Assembly: GCA_965205015.1 (NCBI GenBank)
Contig: OZ242029.1
Location: 384,001-448,000 of the forward strand
Direction of reading: 5' to 3'
DNA length: 64,000 nucleotides
Origin: Candidatus Poribacteria bacterium
GTDB taxonomy: Bacteria > Poribacteria > WGA-4E > WGA-3G
Part shown: positions 30,533 to 40,208 of the stretch, one piece after another
Position numbering within the stretch: the first letter of the stretch is position 1
How the letters are laid out: each line of letters opens with the position of its first letter
Notes under the pieces: model-generated
Told to the model about the DNA's origin: nothing
Databases searched by the model: none
What the model saw: only the letters and a program-made list of their open reading frames with translations
Made by a program: the position numbers and the translations under genes

Positions 30533-31990
30533 ATGGCACAACAAAACGTAACACTCCAAAAACTTGATGAATATCGCTGGCGGATTCCGAAGAGTTACAT
30601 GAAAGGGATGCGTGTAGATGGCATCATTTATGCCAACGAGAAACTCCTCGAACACGCCAAAAGTGATGAGGCATTGCAACAGGTCGCGAACGTCGCGCAT
30701 CTTCCGGGTATCGTCGGACACTCCCTCGCTATGCCCGATTTGCACTGGGGATACGGCTTCGTCATTGGGGGTGTCGCGGCGACCGATCCACAGGCGGATG
30801 GCGTTGTCTCTCCCGGCGGCATCGGATACGACATCAACTGCGGCGTCCGGCTCATTCGGACCAACCTCAATGTCTCGCAACTTGAAGGGAAGCGGAAAGC
30901 ACTTGTCGCCAAGTTGTTTCAAAACGTTCCGTGTGGCGTAGGCTCAAGTGGCAAAATTCGGCTCACTGTCCAAGAAGAGCGGCAGATGTTAGAGAAAGGC
31001 GCGCGGTGGGCAATCGAACGGGAATATGGTCACGCAGAAGACCTCGACTTCACAGAAGCGACCGGTTTCCTCCAACACGCAAACGCCGACGCGGCGAGCC
31101 AGCGCGCCTTAGAACGCGGGAAAAATCAACTCGGCACCCTCGGTTCCGGCAACCATTTCCTTGAAGTGCAAACCGTTGACCGTATTTTTTACCGAGAAGC
31201 CGCTGACGCCATGGGATTGCGGGAGGGCAATATCTGCGTCATGATCCACACCGGTTCGCGCGGTTTCGGCTACCAGATCTGTGATGAACACGTCAAAAGT
31301 TGGGTCAAAGTCGCTCAGAGATACGGCATAAAGCTCCCCGACCGACAACTCGCCTCCGCCCCGATCAACTCACCAGAGGGACAGGATTACATCACGGCGA
31401 TGGCGTGTAGTGCAAATTACGCGTGGAACAATCGACAGTGTATCATGCACCTCGTCCGCCAGACCTTCATGCAGTTCTTTGAAACGACGGAAGACGAACT
31501 CGGCTTAGAACTCGTCTACGATGTGGCACATAACATCGGAAAGTTTGAGAAACACATCGTCAATGGCAAAGAACGCGAGTTGTTTATCCATCGCAAAGGC
31601 GCGACGCGTGCATTCCCAGCGGGGCATCCTGAGATCCCCGATAAATACCAGAAAGTCGGGCAACCCGTCCTTATCCCCGGCGACATGGGAACCGCCTCCT
31701 ACGTGCTTGTCGGGAATCCGGGCGCGATGGCAGAGACGTGGGGCACAACCTGCCACGGTGCCGGTAGAGTGCTCTCACGGCGAAAGGCGATCGCCTTGAC
31801 GAAAGGACGTTCCATCCAGAAGGATTTGGAGGCACAAGGTATCTACGTCCGAGCAGAAGGCAGACGCACGCTCCAAGAAGAGGTTCCCGAAGCCTACAAA
31901 GACGTTGATGAAGTCGTCCGTGTCGTTGACAAAGCCGGGCTTTCCCGGCGGGTCGCACGCCTCCGTCCCATCGGTGTTGTAAAAGGTTAA
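30533..31990 (+). CDS. rtcB: RNA-splicing ligase RtcB
   Basis: MPDLHWGYGF, GYDINCG, LGSGNHF, HTGSRG, HRKGATR, HGAGR, final KG. Confidence 0.97.
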   Translation: MAQQNVTLQKLDEYRWRIPKSYMKGMRVDGIIYANEKLLEHAKSDEALQQVANVAHLPGIVGHSLAMPDLHWGYGFVIGGVAATDPQADGVVSPGGIGYDINCGVRLIRTNLNVSQLEGKRKALVAKLFQNVPCGVGSSGKIRLTVQEERQMLEKGARWAIEREYGHAEDLDFTEATGFLQHANADAASQRALERGKNQLGTLGSGNHFLEVQTVDRIFYREAADAMGLREGNICVMIHTGSRGFGYQICDEHVKSWVKVAQRYGIKLPDRQLASAPINSPEGQDYITAMACSANYAWNNRQCIMHLVRQTFMQFFETTEDELGLELVYDVAHNIGKFEKHIVNGKERELFIHRKGATRAFPAGHPEIPDKYQKVGQPVLIPGDMGTASYVLVGNPGAMAETWGTTCHGAGRVLSRRKAIALTKGRSIQKDLEAQGIYVRAEGRRTLQEEVPEAYKDVDEVVRVVDKAGLSRRVARLRPIGVVKG

Positions 31991-32107
31991 ACTTTTAACG
32001 AACAACTGACTGTCGACGGCTACCTCTAATGTGCATTTTTTTATCATAGGATGTCCAAAAAATAGGCAATATCCCGCAAAAATTGCCCAAAACACCCCAT
32101 TTTGGAT

Positions 32108-32123
32108 TGGCACGGAAATTGCT
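32108..32123 (+). promoter_or_regulatory. Sigma-54 (-24/-12) promoter
   Basis: TGGCACGGAAATTGCT matches TGGCACG-N4-TTGCW exactly. Confidence 0.8.
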
Positions 32124-32133
32124 TATGTTTATG

Positions 32134-32267
32134 TGAGCCTCCTTGGGTACGCCGGAGCCATAATTCCTATAAGGTGTGACTTGCGAGTTCCTGTTGCATG
32201 CGTTAGTTCAGTTGAAATCCCTGAAACTCCTGGACCGATTAGGAATGTGGTTTCCGGCTCCTTTTTT
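32134..32267 (+). ncRNA. Candidate sigma-54-dependent small RNA
   Basis: About 18-bp closing stem 32151-32169 / 32240-32258, internal hairpin, T6 tract, no convincing ORF. Confidence 0.5.
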
Positions 32268-32461
32268 ATCTTCCTTCCTCACACAATCATCTTTTTTTTA
32301 CTTGGATTCGTAAAAAAATCCACAATTTCAAGCAATTTTTTCATTTTTTTTCCCATTTTGCACCCTTTTTGCCTTAAAATTGTGTCTTTAACAACATCGT
32401 CTTGATTTTGCAAGATATGAAGCTCACAAGTTTTCTCTTTAGACGAGAAAGGAGAGAAAAA

Positions 32462-33319
32462 ATGACACATCGACACATCCTGACATGCCTCTTTTTGCTC
32501 GCTTTAATTCCGCTGAGTGCCAAAGCATTCCCACCCGCTTCACCCGCAGGGGGTAACTATTTAATCCTCGATGGGGTGGACGACTATGCGGTTTTAGACT
32601 TTAAAACCTTCGGTATCCTCTTACCGAAAGGCACGGACGAATTCACCGTTGAAGCGTGGGTATACCCAACCACACCACTGCCTAACATGGATACACACGC
32701 AATGATTCTCAGTCAACAGGTGCGAATGAATGCAGCGGTCGCTGTCGAGGCACGGAGGGACATCAAGAAGGGGGATTTAGTCTTAGCAATGCAAGCACAC
32801 ATTACGGTTGTGGGCAGGCTCGCTACGACCCCGTACCATCCCGTAGTACTTGCCCCGAACCAATGGCATCACATCGCTTATCAGGCGGAAGGGAAAGAGA
32901 CAGTAACCATCGTTAACGATTTCGTAGGCATCTTACCGCAAAGAACAACACTCGCGCACGATCTCGCAGGATTCAAGCGTCCAAAGGATTTTACACTCGG
33001 AGGATTTGGAAAGAAAGTCAAGTTCCACATCGATCACTTTTGGGGACCTTTTGCGGGATATATTGATGAGGTCCGTATCTCGAGAGTCGCTCGTTACAAG
33101 GTCGGCAAAAAAGGGTTCACGCCGCGCGAAAAGTTCAAGGAGGACCCGAAGACGGTTGCGCTGTGGCATTTTGATGAGCCGCACGGAACACAGACATTTT
33201 CAGATGCCTCGGGACATGCACATCATCTGACGGGTAAAAATGGCGCAAGGACCGGCATCCCACTCGCAGTCGAACCCCACGAAAAACTCACCACAACATG
33301 GGGACGACTTAAGCAATGA
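32462..33319 (+). CDS. Secreted LamG/concanavalin-like protein with TWG tail
   Basis: LDGVDDY, FTVEAWVYP, WHHIA, GYIDEVRIS, LWHFDE; C-terminus LAVEPHEKLTTTWGRLKQ. Confidence 0.85.
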   Translation: MTHRHILTCLFLLALIPLSAKAFPPASPAGGNYLILDGVDDYAVLDFKTFGILLPKGTDEFTVEAWVYPTTPLPNMDTHAMILSQQVRMNAAVAVEARRDIKKGDLVLAMQAHITVVGRLATTPYHPVVLAPNQWHHIAYQAEGKETVTIVNDFVGILPQRTTLAHDLAGFKRPKDFTLGGFGKKVKFHIDHFWGPFAGYIDEVRISRVARYKVGKKGFTPREKFKEDPKTVALWHFDEPHGTQTFSDASGHAHHLTGKNGARTGIPLAVEPHEKLTTTWGRLKQ

Positions 33320-33364
33320 AATCTCGAAAAAAGCTTTCGTTATGGGTGTATAGGAGGAAGTCTC

Positions 33365-36256
33365 GTGGAAGTAAAAGAAGATGTTCAGTTGATTCACGAC
33401 ATTTTATCAGGCAACGATGATGCCTTCAGCACGTTAGTGCAAAAATATCAGAAGAGTGTTCACGCGCTCGCTTGGCGAAAGATTAGCGATTTTCACTATG
33501 CTGAAGAGATTACGCAGGACACCTTCCTCCAGGCATACAAAAAACTCTCGACCCTCAAAAATCCGCATCATTTTGCTGGGTGGCTGTATGTCATTGCAAA
33601 TCGGCTTTGCATTAACTGGCTCCAAAGGCACAAATCGGCGATGCAATCGCTTGAGGGTACGCCAGTGCGGGAAATCAATCAACTCACTTATGAACGTTAC
33701 ATCTCCGAGGCGCGCGAATCGGAAGCGACCGAACGCCGGTATGAAATCGTCGAAAAACTTCTCGAAAAACTCCCAGAAAGTGAGCGCACAGTGATGACGC
33801 TCTATTACCTCGGTGAGATGACGGCGAAAGAGATAGGCAACTTCTTAGGGGTGTCAGTGAATACGATTAAAAGCCGGCTTCGGCGAGGGCGAGAACGTCT
33901 ACAAGAAGATCAGGAACTCTTAATTCAAGAGGTCTTCAGTGGCGTCCAAATATCGACGGGTCTGAGCCAGAACATCATGCGGCAAGTCGCTGACTTGAAA
34001 CCCACACCCCCGCCGGCTACGAAACCCTTGATTCCATGGCTGGCTTTGGGAACGGCTGCGGTTTTGGTGCTGTTGCTGGTGGGTGCAAGCGATCGATACC
34101 TCACCCGCTTTCAGAAGCCTTATAGTCTCGATGCGGCATCTGAACCGACAATTGAAATCGTTGATGCCCCTATCGTCCTTGATATTGATGTGAAACCGGA
34201 TGTGCGACATCAAGTTGGACGGATTGTATCCAGAAATAAAAATGGCGACACAGGTTTGCAGGCTTCTGAGAGGATCCGAACATCTAATGCCCAAGCGGGT
34301 TCTTCCAAGTTTTCTATTTCACAGTGGACCCAGACAAATGGACCACCGGCGGGTTACATCCGCAATATCTTCGCTACGCCGGAGGAGGCTGTTTATGCTG
34401 TTGCATCGTCAGGACTATACAGATTAACAGAAGACGCGAGCGCTTGGACACACATCGACGGGAGTGTTCCAATTGACAAATCTCTAATGCCGATGGCAGC
34501 TCACGACGGGAACCTTTATATCGTTTCCGCTGACGAGGTATTCACCTCGACGGATCGGGGTGAAACATGGAATACACTCGGTCCTCGACCGAAAGGGGAG
34601 GCTGTCGGAATTCTCATGACGGATGAGGCACAACCCCGCATTACAATGTACCTCGCCCTGAAAGATGAAGGGGTTTTCCGATCAACAGACGGTGGAACGC
34701 ACTGGCAGCCGCTGCGAGATGGATTAACAAGCAAAAAAATCTCCGCAATTGCCGCTGTTGACAACACAGTGTTTGCTGGAACAGAGAACGGACTCTACCG
34801 TCTTGATTCGGGCATCTGGAATAAGTTGCCCGTGGAGACATCACGAGCCGTCTGTTCCTTGACAGTATCTGGAAATAACCTTTATGTTGGAACGGGTTCC
34901 GATCTATTGGTGACATTAACGCCAACAGAAATATATCAAGTCCATCGGGAGACACGGAACACATGGAATCACTGGAATAACAGGTCGTACCCCGTCAAGA
35001 TTTTCCATTCATCTGACTTGGGAGCCTCGTGGACTGAAATAATGGACGGAAGTGAATACAATTATGAGGGTTCACCATCGGGTATAACAGTTTTAGCCGT
35101 AGGTGAAACGCTCTTGGCATTAGGGGTGTATCAATCCCGTTCAGCAGATGGTGGTAAAACGTGGACCAAACTTGGATGGGACGCGAGTTGGTTGAGGTAC
35201 AGTAGCCGCCCCGCTGTAATGGTGAACGAGAGCACGTTTTACAAAACCAGAGGATTCGGGCTTCACCGCACAACAGATGGCGGCGACTCATGGCACCTCT
35301 TTTTGAACGGAATGACAGGAACACTTCTAATTGATTTGGTTGCGTTTAACAACAGGTTATACGCACATTCCGGCTACGAAGTCTATCAATCCTCCGATGC
35401 CGGAGAGTCTTGGAAAAAAGTTCCCGTTGAGGGACAGGAAACCGCTCTCAACCCGAGAATCAAAATCGCTTCTGAGTCAAAGTTCGTGGTTACCGACAAT
35501 ACGCTTTACCTTCTTTCATCTGAAGCAGAAGACTTCCAAATTTTCCGTTTATCCACAGATGGCGATACGCTCATTCCAGTTCAAGGCGTCCCCATTTTTG
35601 ACCGTCAATCCATTTCTTTTGCCATAGCGCGTCTGCAAACGGAAACGGCTACCGCCAGCCGCGATGCGTTCTATGTGGAATACCAAAGAAAACTTTTCAA
35701 ATGGAAACTGGGGGATCCGACGTGGATAAACACGGGATTGGTAGATACAAGTCAAGTGTCCTATAGCGATTACAGAGGTGGATTCAAAATAGCGGTTTCC
35801 GATGAAACCGTCTACGTCGGTCAACGGGACGGACATCTGTTTCAGTCGCTTGATGAAGGGAAAAGTTGGAAAGACATTACATCGAGTTTGCCGCTTCGCT
35901 TCACCCGTTTCAAAGAGGTAACCTTTGTCGGGCAAACGATCTACGTCGCAACAGACAAAGGCACCTTGGTTTCACAGACTGGGGACCACTGGAGCGTTCT
36001 AACCGATGGGGCTGACAGGCGTCCTATCGTAGACAGATTTGCTACAGATGGCACCAAAGTCTACGGCATCGGTGAAGCAGGGGTCTATCATTTAGATGCC
36101 AGTGGCCAATGGACACAGATTTCGTCAAATGTTCCCGATAAAATTCTCTCCCTCGTCGTCAATAATAACAGGCTTTATAGTGTTACGCAACAAGCTGGGA
36201 TGTTTCATATCCCGCTTGAGGCGGATACCATTGCAGAGAGTAGTTCTCGGTATTGA
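33365..36256 (+). CDS. ECF sigma factor fused to a transmembrane helix and an extracytoplasmic beta-propeller
   Basis: AEEITQDTFLQAY, FAGWLYVIA, EIGNFLGVSVNTIKSRLRR, TM LALGTAAVLVLLLVG, BNR/Asp-box repeats S.D.G..W. Confidence 0.9.
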   Translation: MEVKEDVQLIHDILSGNDDAFSTLVQKYQKSVHALAWRKISDFHYAEEITQDTFLQAYKKLSTLKNPHHFAGWLYVIANRLCINWLQRHKSAMQSLEGTPVREINQLTYERYISEARESEATERRYEIVEKLLEKLPESERTVMTLYYLGEMTAKEIGNFLGVSVNTIKSRLRRGRERLQEDQELLIQEVFSGVQISTGLSQNIMRQVADLKPTPPPATKPLIPWLALGTAAVLVLLLVGASDRYLTRFQKPYSLDAASEPTIEIVDAPIVLDIDVKPDVRHQVGRIVSRNKNGDTGLQASERIRTSNAQAGSSKFSISQWTQTNGPPAGYIRNIFATPEEAVYAVASSGLYRLTEDASAWTHIDGSVPIDKSLMPMAAHDGNLYIVSADEVFTSTDRGETWNTLGPRPKGEAVGILMTDEAQPRITMYLALKDEGVFRSTDGGTHWQPLRDGLTSKKISAIAAVDNTVFAGTENGLYRLDSGIWNKLPVETSRAVCSLTVSGNNLYVGTGSDLLVTLTPTEIYQVHRETRNTWNHWNNRSYPVKIFHSSDLGASWTEIMDGSEYNYEGSPSGITVLAVGETLLALGVYQSRSADGGKTWTKLGWDASWLRYSSRPAVMVNESTFYKTRGFGLHRTTDGGDSWHLFLNGMTGTLLIDLVAFNNRLYAHSGYEVYQSSDAGESWKKVPVEGQETALNPRIKIASESKFVVTDNTLYLLSSEAEDFQIFRLSTDGDTLIPVQGVPIFDRQSISFAIARLQTETATASRDAFYVEYQRKLFKWKLGDPTWINTGLVDTSQVSYSDYRGGFKIAVSDETVYVGQRDGHLFQSLDEGKSWKDITSSLPLRFTRFKEVTFVGQTIYVATDKGTLVSQTGDHWSVLTDGADRRPIVDRFATDGTKVYGIGEAGVYHLDASGQWTQISSNVPDKILSLVVNNNRLYSVTQQAGMFHIPLEADTIAESSSRY

Positions 36257-36283
36257 AATGCATTCTACAAATGGAGGCAAACC

Positions 36284-37402
36284 ATGAAAACCTATTTGAC
36301 TTTTGGAATCCTAATTCTGTGCGCCTTGTTAGTTATCAACGTTGCCAATCTTGGTGCCGAAGAGAATTGGACGCAGAAAGCAGATATGCCGACACAACGC
36401 TCCAGTTTTGATACCTGTATTGTGAATGAAAAGATATACGCAATCGGGGGCGGGATTGAGGGATTTGGAAACTTATCCGTCTCAACGGTAGAGATGTACG
36501 ATCCGACAACCGATACATGGGAACGAAAGGCGGATATGCCGACCGCCCGTTCTAATGCGTCTGTCTCGGTTGTAGACGGAAAAATATATGCGATTGGTGG
36601 AACGGAACTGAAGAGGTTTGAGATGGATGTCCTTATTCAGGGTGAGTTTAGAAAGGTTAAACAGTGGGAGCCCAAAGAACTTCCAACCGTGGAAATGTAT
36701 GATCCAACGACCGACACATGGATGCAGAAAGCAGACATGCCGACACCCAGAAATACTGGCACTTGTGTCGTGGACGGAAAAATATATGCTATCGGTGGAA
36801 TAGCGTTTAATAATGTTAAGAAGAAAAAACCGTGGCGTTTAGATACCGTGGAAGTCTATGATCCAGCAACAGACACATGGGCGAAAGGAAAGAAAATGAA
36901 CCATGCTCGCGATGGTGCCGCAATCAGTGTAGTAGATGGAAAGATCTACGTCATGGGCGGAACGGGTTGGCCCCAACTTCCAAATCGTCCAGGTCCCTAT
37001 CTCTCCAGCATTGAAGTGTTTAATCCAAAAACGAATCAATGGCGTGACATTGGGGAAATGTCTGAGCCAAAATCAGGTCATTCAGCAAGTGTCATCAACG
37101 GAAAAATTTACGTGATAGGCGGTTTTTTCCGAGGCAATGGGTTAGATACGAAATATTTTAAAACAATCGAAATCTATCACCCTGAAACCGGTCGCTGGAC
37201 ACAGAAACCCGACATGCCGGTTGGCAAATCAGGACATGCGGCTGAAGCCATAAATGGGAAAATCTATATCCTTACCGGAGCAGACCCTGATGAGGTTCCA
37301 TTTGCCACCGTTGAAGTCTATGCCCCAGAAGGGTTCCCTCAGAGCGTCGATCCAACCGGGAAACTTTTCAAAACATGGGGTACCCTTAAGAACATACAGT
37401 AA
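36284..37402 (+). CDS. Secreted kelch-repeat protein with TWG tail
   Basis: Six repeats of GKIY.IGG...VE.YDP.TDTW; ends VDPTGKLFKTWGTLKNIQ. Confidence 0.9.
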   Translation: MKTYLTFGILILCALLVINVANLGAEENWTQKADMPTQRSSFDTCIVNEKIYAIGGGIEGFGNLSVSTVEMYDPTTDTWERKADMPTARSNASVSVVDGKIYAIGGTELKRFEMDVLIQGEFRKVKQWEPKELPTVEMYDPTTDTWMQKADMPTPRNTGTCVVDGKIYAIGGIAFNNVKKKKPWRLDTVEVYDPATDTWAKGKKMNHARDGAAISVVDGKIYVMGGTGWPQLPNRPGPYLSSIEVFNPKTNQWRDIGEMSEPKSGHSASVINGKIYVIGGFFRGNGLDTKYFKTIEIYHPETGRWTQKPDMPVGKSGHAAEAINGKIYILTGADPDEVPFATVEVYAPEGFPQSVDPTGKLFKTWGTLKNIQ

Positions 37403-37488
37403 CAGGAAAACTATCTACACACCGCGATGAAATCAAAGCAGAACATTATAACTCACCTTAACATCGGTTCGTTAAGAAGGAGAAATCA

Positions 37489-38634
37489 ATGAGGTTCAAA
37501 ACGTTTCAGTATCTACGATGGGTTGTTGGTTTCGCTGCTGTTGTTCTATTTCATGTAGCCACGGAGAACACTGATGCGGAAAAATGGAAGGTCATCTCCC
37601 AACTTCCAACAGAGAGAACGGGTTTCGCGACCGCAGTCGTTGATAGTAAGATTTATCTTTTCGGTGGCACACTCTTTGAACATGAGCGGGGGGTTCGGCG
37701 TGAAAATGAACCTGGTATTTGGCGGGGTCCTTTTGGGATGTCCTTGGTGGAAGTCTATGATCCACAAACCAACGCTTGGCAGAGACTCGCAGATATGCCG
37801 ACTGCTCGATCCGAACCTCTGACAGCCGTCGTTGATGGCAAGATTTATGTTTTGGCAGGATACGTCGGGAAAGACAACAAGGGAGTGAATCTCAAAAATC
37901 TGAAAGCCGTCGAGATGTACGATCCACAAACCGACATGTGGGTCAAAAAACAGGACATGCCTACCCCCCGCATAGACTTCGGCACTGGTGTAGTGGCTGG
38001 CAAAATTTATGCCATTGGCGGACGTGTCTACTGGAGGGATAGAAAACCTGGGAGTCCAGGACGCATTGATCTCGTGGAAGTCTACGACCCTGCCAGCGAT
38101 ACGTGGACAAAGCGCGCGAAAATGCCAACCAAACGCAATGGCTTCGGAACAGGGGTTGTCAACGATCAGATTTATGCTATCGGGGGGACTGGCTGGCCCC
38201 AAGTAGGCAATCACGGGGGTCCCTATCTTGGAACGATTGAGGTCTATGAACCGAGAATCAACCGATGGACGAAGAGGGCTGACATGCCAAATCCGAGAAC
38301 CGTATTTTCGACAGTTGTTATTTCCGATAAAATCTATCTGATCGGCGGTTCCGATGTGCAAGCGGGGGGTGCTGCGGTGGGTGAGTGGCTTGCCAGCATC
38401 GAAGTGTATGATCCAGCTACCGAGAAATGGCGTGTGGTTTCTGCGGGACCAATCGTAAAGTCGCCATTTGGTGTAACGGCGGTTAATGGTAAGATTTATA
38501 CCTTCGGTGGTTACACAGCAGATTGGGAACTTTCTCCAATCGTCGAAGTCTTTGATACCGGTTTTCGTAATGTCGAGGCGCGTGGAAAACTTCCGACGCG
38601 CTGGGGTGAACTCAAAGCAACACGCCAAAACTAA
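37489..38634 (+). CDS. Secreted kelch-repeat protein with TWG-type tail
   Basis: Kelch repeats; ends VEARGKLPTRWGELKATRQN. Confidence 0.9.
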   Translation: MRFKTFQYLRWVVGFAAVVLFHVATENTDAEKWKVISQLPTERTGFATAVVDSKIYLFGGTLFEHERGVRRENEPGIWRGPFGMSLVEVYDPQTNAWQRLADMPTARSEPLTAVVDGKIYVLAGYVGKDNKGVNLKNLKAVEMYDPQTDMWVKKQDMPTPRIDFGTGVVAGKIYAIGGRVYWRDRKPGSPGRIDLVEVYDPASDTWTKRAKMPTKRNGFGTGVVNDQIYAIGGTGWPQVGNHGGPYLGTIEVYEPRINRWTKRADMPNPRTVFSTVVISDKIYLIGGSDVQAGGAAVGEWLASIEVYDPATEKWRVVSAGPIVKSPFGVTAVNGKIYTFGGYTADWELSPIVEVFDTGFRNVEARGKLPTRWGELKATRQN

Positions 38635-38824
38635 TCTTAACAGCGGTTCGTATTAATAGAAGGGATATGCAATGCGCAAATACCAAACTTACTGAGTGTT
38701 CCCGATAAAACCGTTTCTTTCGTCGTCAATAAAAAAGCCTTTACATTGCTACATGAGTGCGCGGGATGTTCCATATCCCGCCTGAGACGGAATTGTGAAT
38801 TTTACTATAGAATGGAGGCAAACC

Positions 38825-39901
38825 ATGAAAACTTACTTGACCTGCGGAATCCTAATTCTGTGTGCCCTGTTAGTTATCAATGTTGTTAATCTGGTTGCCG
38901 CCGAAGAAAATTGGACGCAGAAAGCAGATATGCCGACACAGCGATCTGATTTTGCTACCTGCATTGTCAATGGAAAAATATACGCTATTGGAGGTGAAGT
39001 TGACAAATTCGGGGACGTATCCATTGCAACAGTAGAGATGTACGACCCGAAAACTGATACATGGACGCAGAAGGCAGATATGCCCACAGCCAGAAGTACC
39101 AGTACCTCCGTCGTCGATGGAAAAATCTACGCCATTGGTGGAGGAAAAACACACAAACGTCGGATTGGTCCCGGTTGGGGATGGGAAACTATAATACTCC
39201 CAACTGTGGAAATGTATGATCCGATTACGGACACGTGGACCCCGAAAGCAGACATGCCTGCGCCAAGAAGTGCCGATACCTGCGTCGTGGGCGGAAAAAT
39301 ATACCTTATCGGTGGCGCGAATAAAAAACAGCATCGATCAGAAATCGTAGATGTGTATGACCCTGCAACTGATACATGGGCAAGAGCCAAAAGCATGAAC
39401 CACGCGCGCTCCGGTGCGGCAATTAGTGTTATGGATGGAAAGATTTACGTCATGGGCGGCACAGGGTGGCCCCAGATTCCATTCCACCCAGGTCCCTTTC
39501 TCTCCAGCATAGAGGTGTATAACCCAAAAACAAATCAATGGCGCGAAATAGGAGATATGCCTGCCGCAAAATCGAGCCATACAGCAAGTGTCATCAATGG
39601 AAAAATTTATGTGATAGGTGGTTTTTTTCGAGGCAATGGGTTAGATCGAAGATATTTTAAAACAATCGAAATCTATCACCCTGAAACCGGTCGCTGGACA
39701 CAGAAACCCGACATGCCGGTCGGCAAATCAGGACATGCGGCTGAAGTCATAAACGGGAAAATTTATATCCTTACCGAAGCAGATCCTGATGATGCCCCGT
39801 TTGCAACCGTTGAAGTCTATGCCCCAGAAGGGTTCCCTCAGAGCGTCGATCCAACCGGGAAACTTTTCAAAACATGGGGTACCCTTAAGAACATACAGTA
39901 A
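38825..39901 (+). CDS. Secreted kelch-repeat protein with TWG tail, paralogue of 36284..37402
   Basis: Kelch repeats; last 100 bp identical to the first kelch gene. Confidence 0.9.
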   Translation: MKTYLTCGILILCALLVINVVNLVAAEENWTQKADMPTQRSDFATCIVNGKIYAIGGEVDKFGDVSIATVEMYDPKTDTWTQKADMPTARSTSTSVVDGKIYAIGGGKTHKRRIGPGWGWETIILPTVEMYDPITDTWTPKADMPAPRSADTCVVGGKIYLIGGANKKQHRSEIVDVYDPATDTWARAKSMNHARSGAAISVMDGKIYVMGGTGWPQIPFHPGPFLSSIEVYNPKTNQWREIGDMPAAKSSHTASVINGKIYVIGGFFRGNGLDRRYFKTIEIYHPETGRWTQKPDMPVGKSGHAAEVINGKIYILTEADPDDAPFATVEVYAPEGFPQSVDPTGKLFKTWGTLKNIQ

Positions 39902-40208
39902 CAGGTGAAGCGGTCGGGAAACTCTCCACACGTTGGGGTGCGTTGAAAATGAAGCACCAAAACCAACCTTAATGCCTTGAAAGATGCCCAACTACCAGAA
40001 TTTGTCCTTCGATCCTCTTCTACTTTCCCGTCGTTATACCATCTACAAAATATTTACACACCCCGAGAGAGATTAGTGCTATAATAAAGGGCGGATCGGT
40101 TTGATCCAATCATTGCCTTACCAGTTTCACCGCAGCCACAATCACTAACAACGACATGCGGAGAAATAGAGACAGAAAACTGAAGTCAGCGTTTTGAAGG
40201 AGTCGATA

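Noticed and set aside
32200-32230. tRNA gene
   Set aside because: Only an imperfect T-arm-like hairpin; no cloverleaf, anticodon arm or CCA end.
32031-32405. 124-aa ORF downstream of rtcB
   Set aside because: No RBS, composition driven by T-tracts, and it overlaps the sigma-54 promoter and RNA stem.
37546-38628. 360-aa antisense ORF
   Set aside because: It lies entirely opposite a clear kelch gene and has no recognisable motifs, so it is a shadow ORF.
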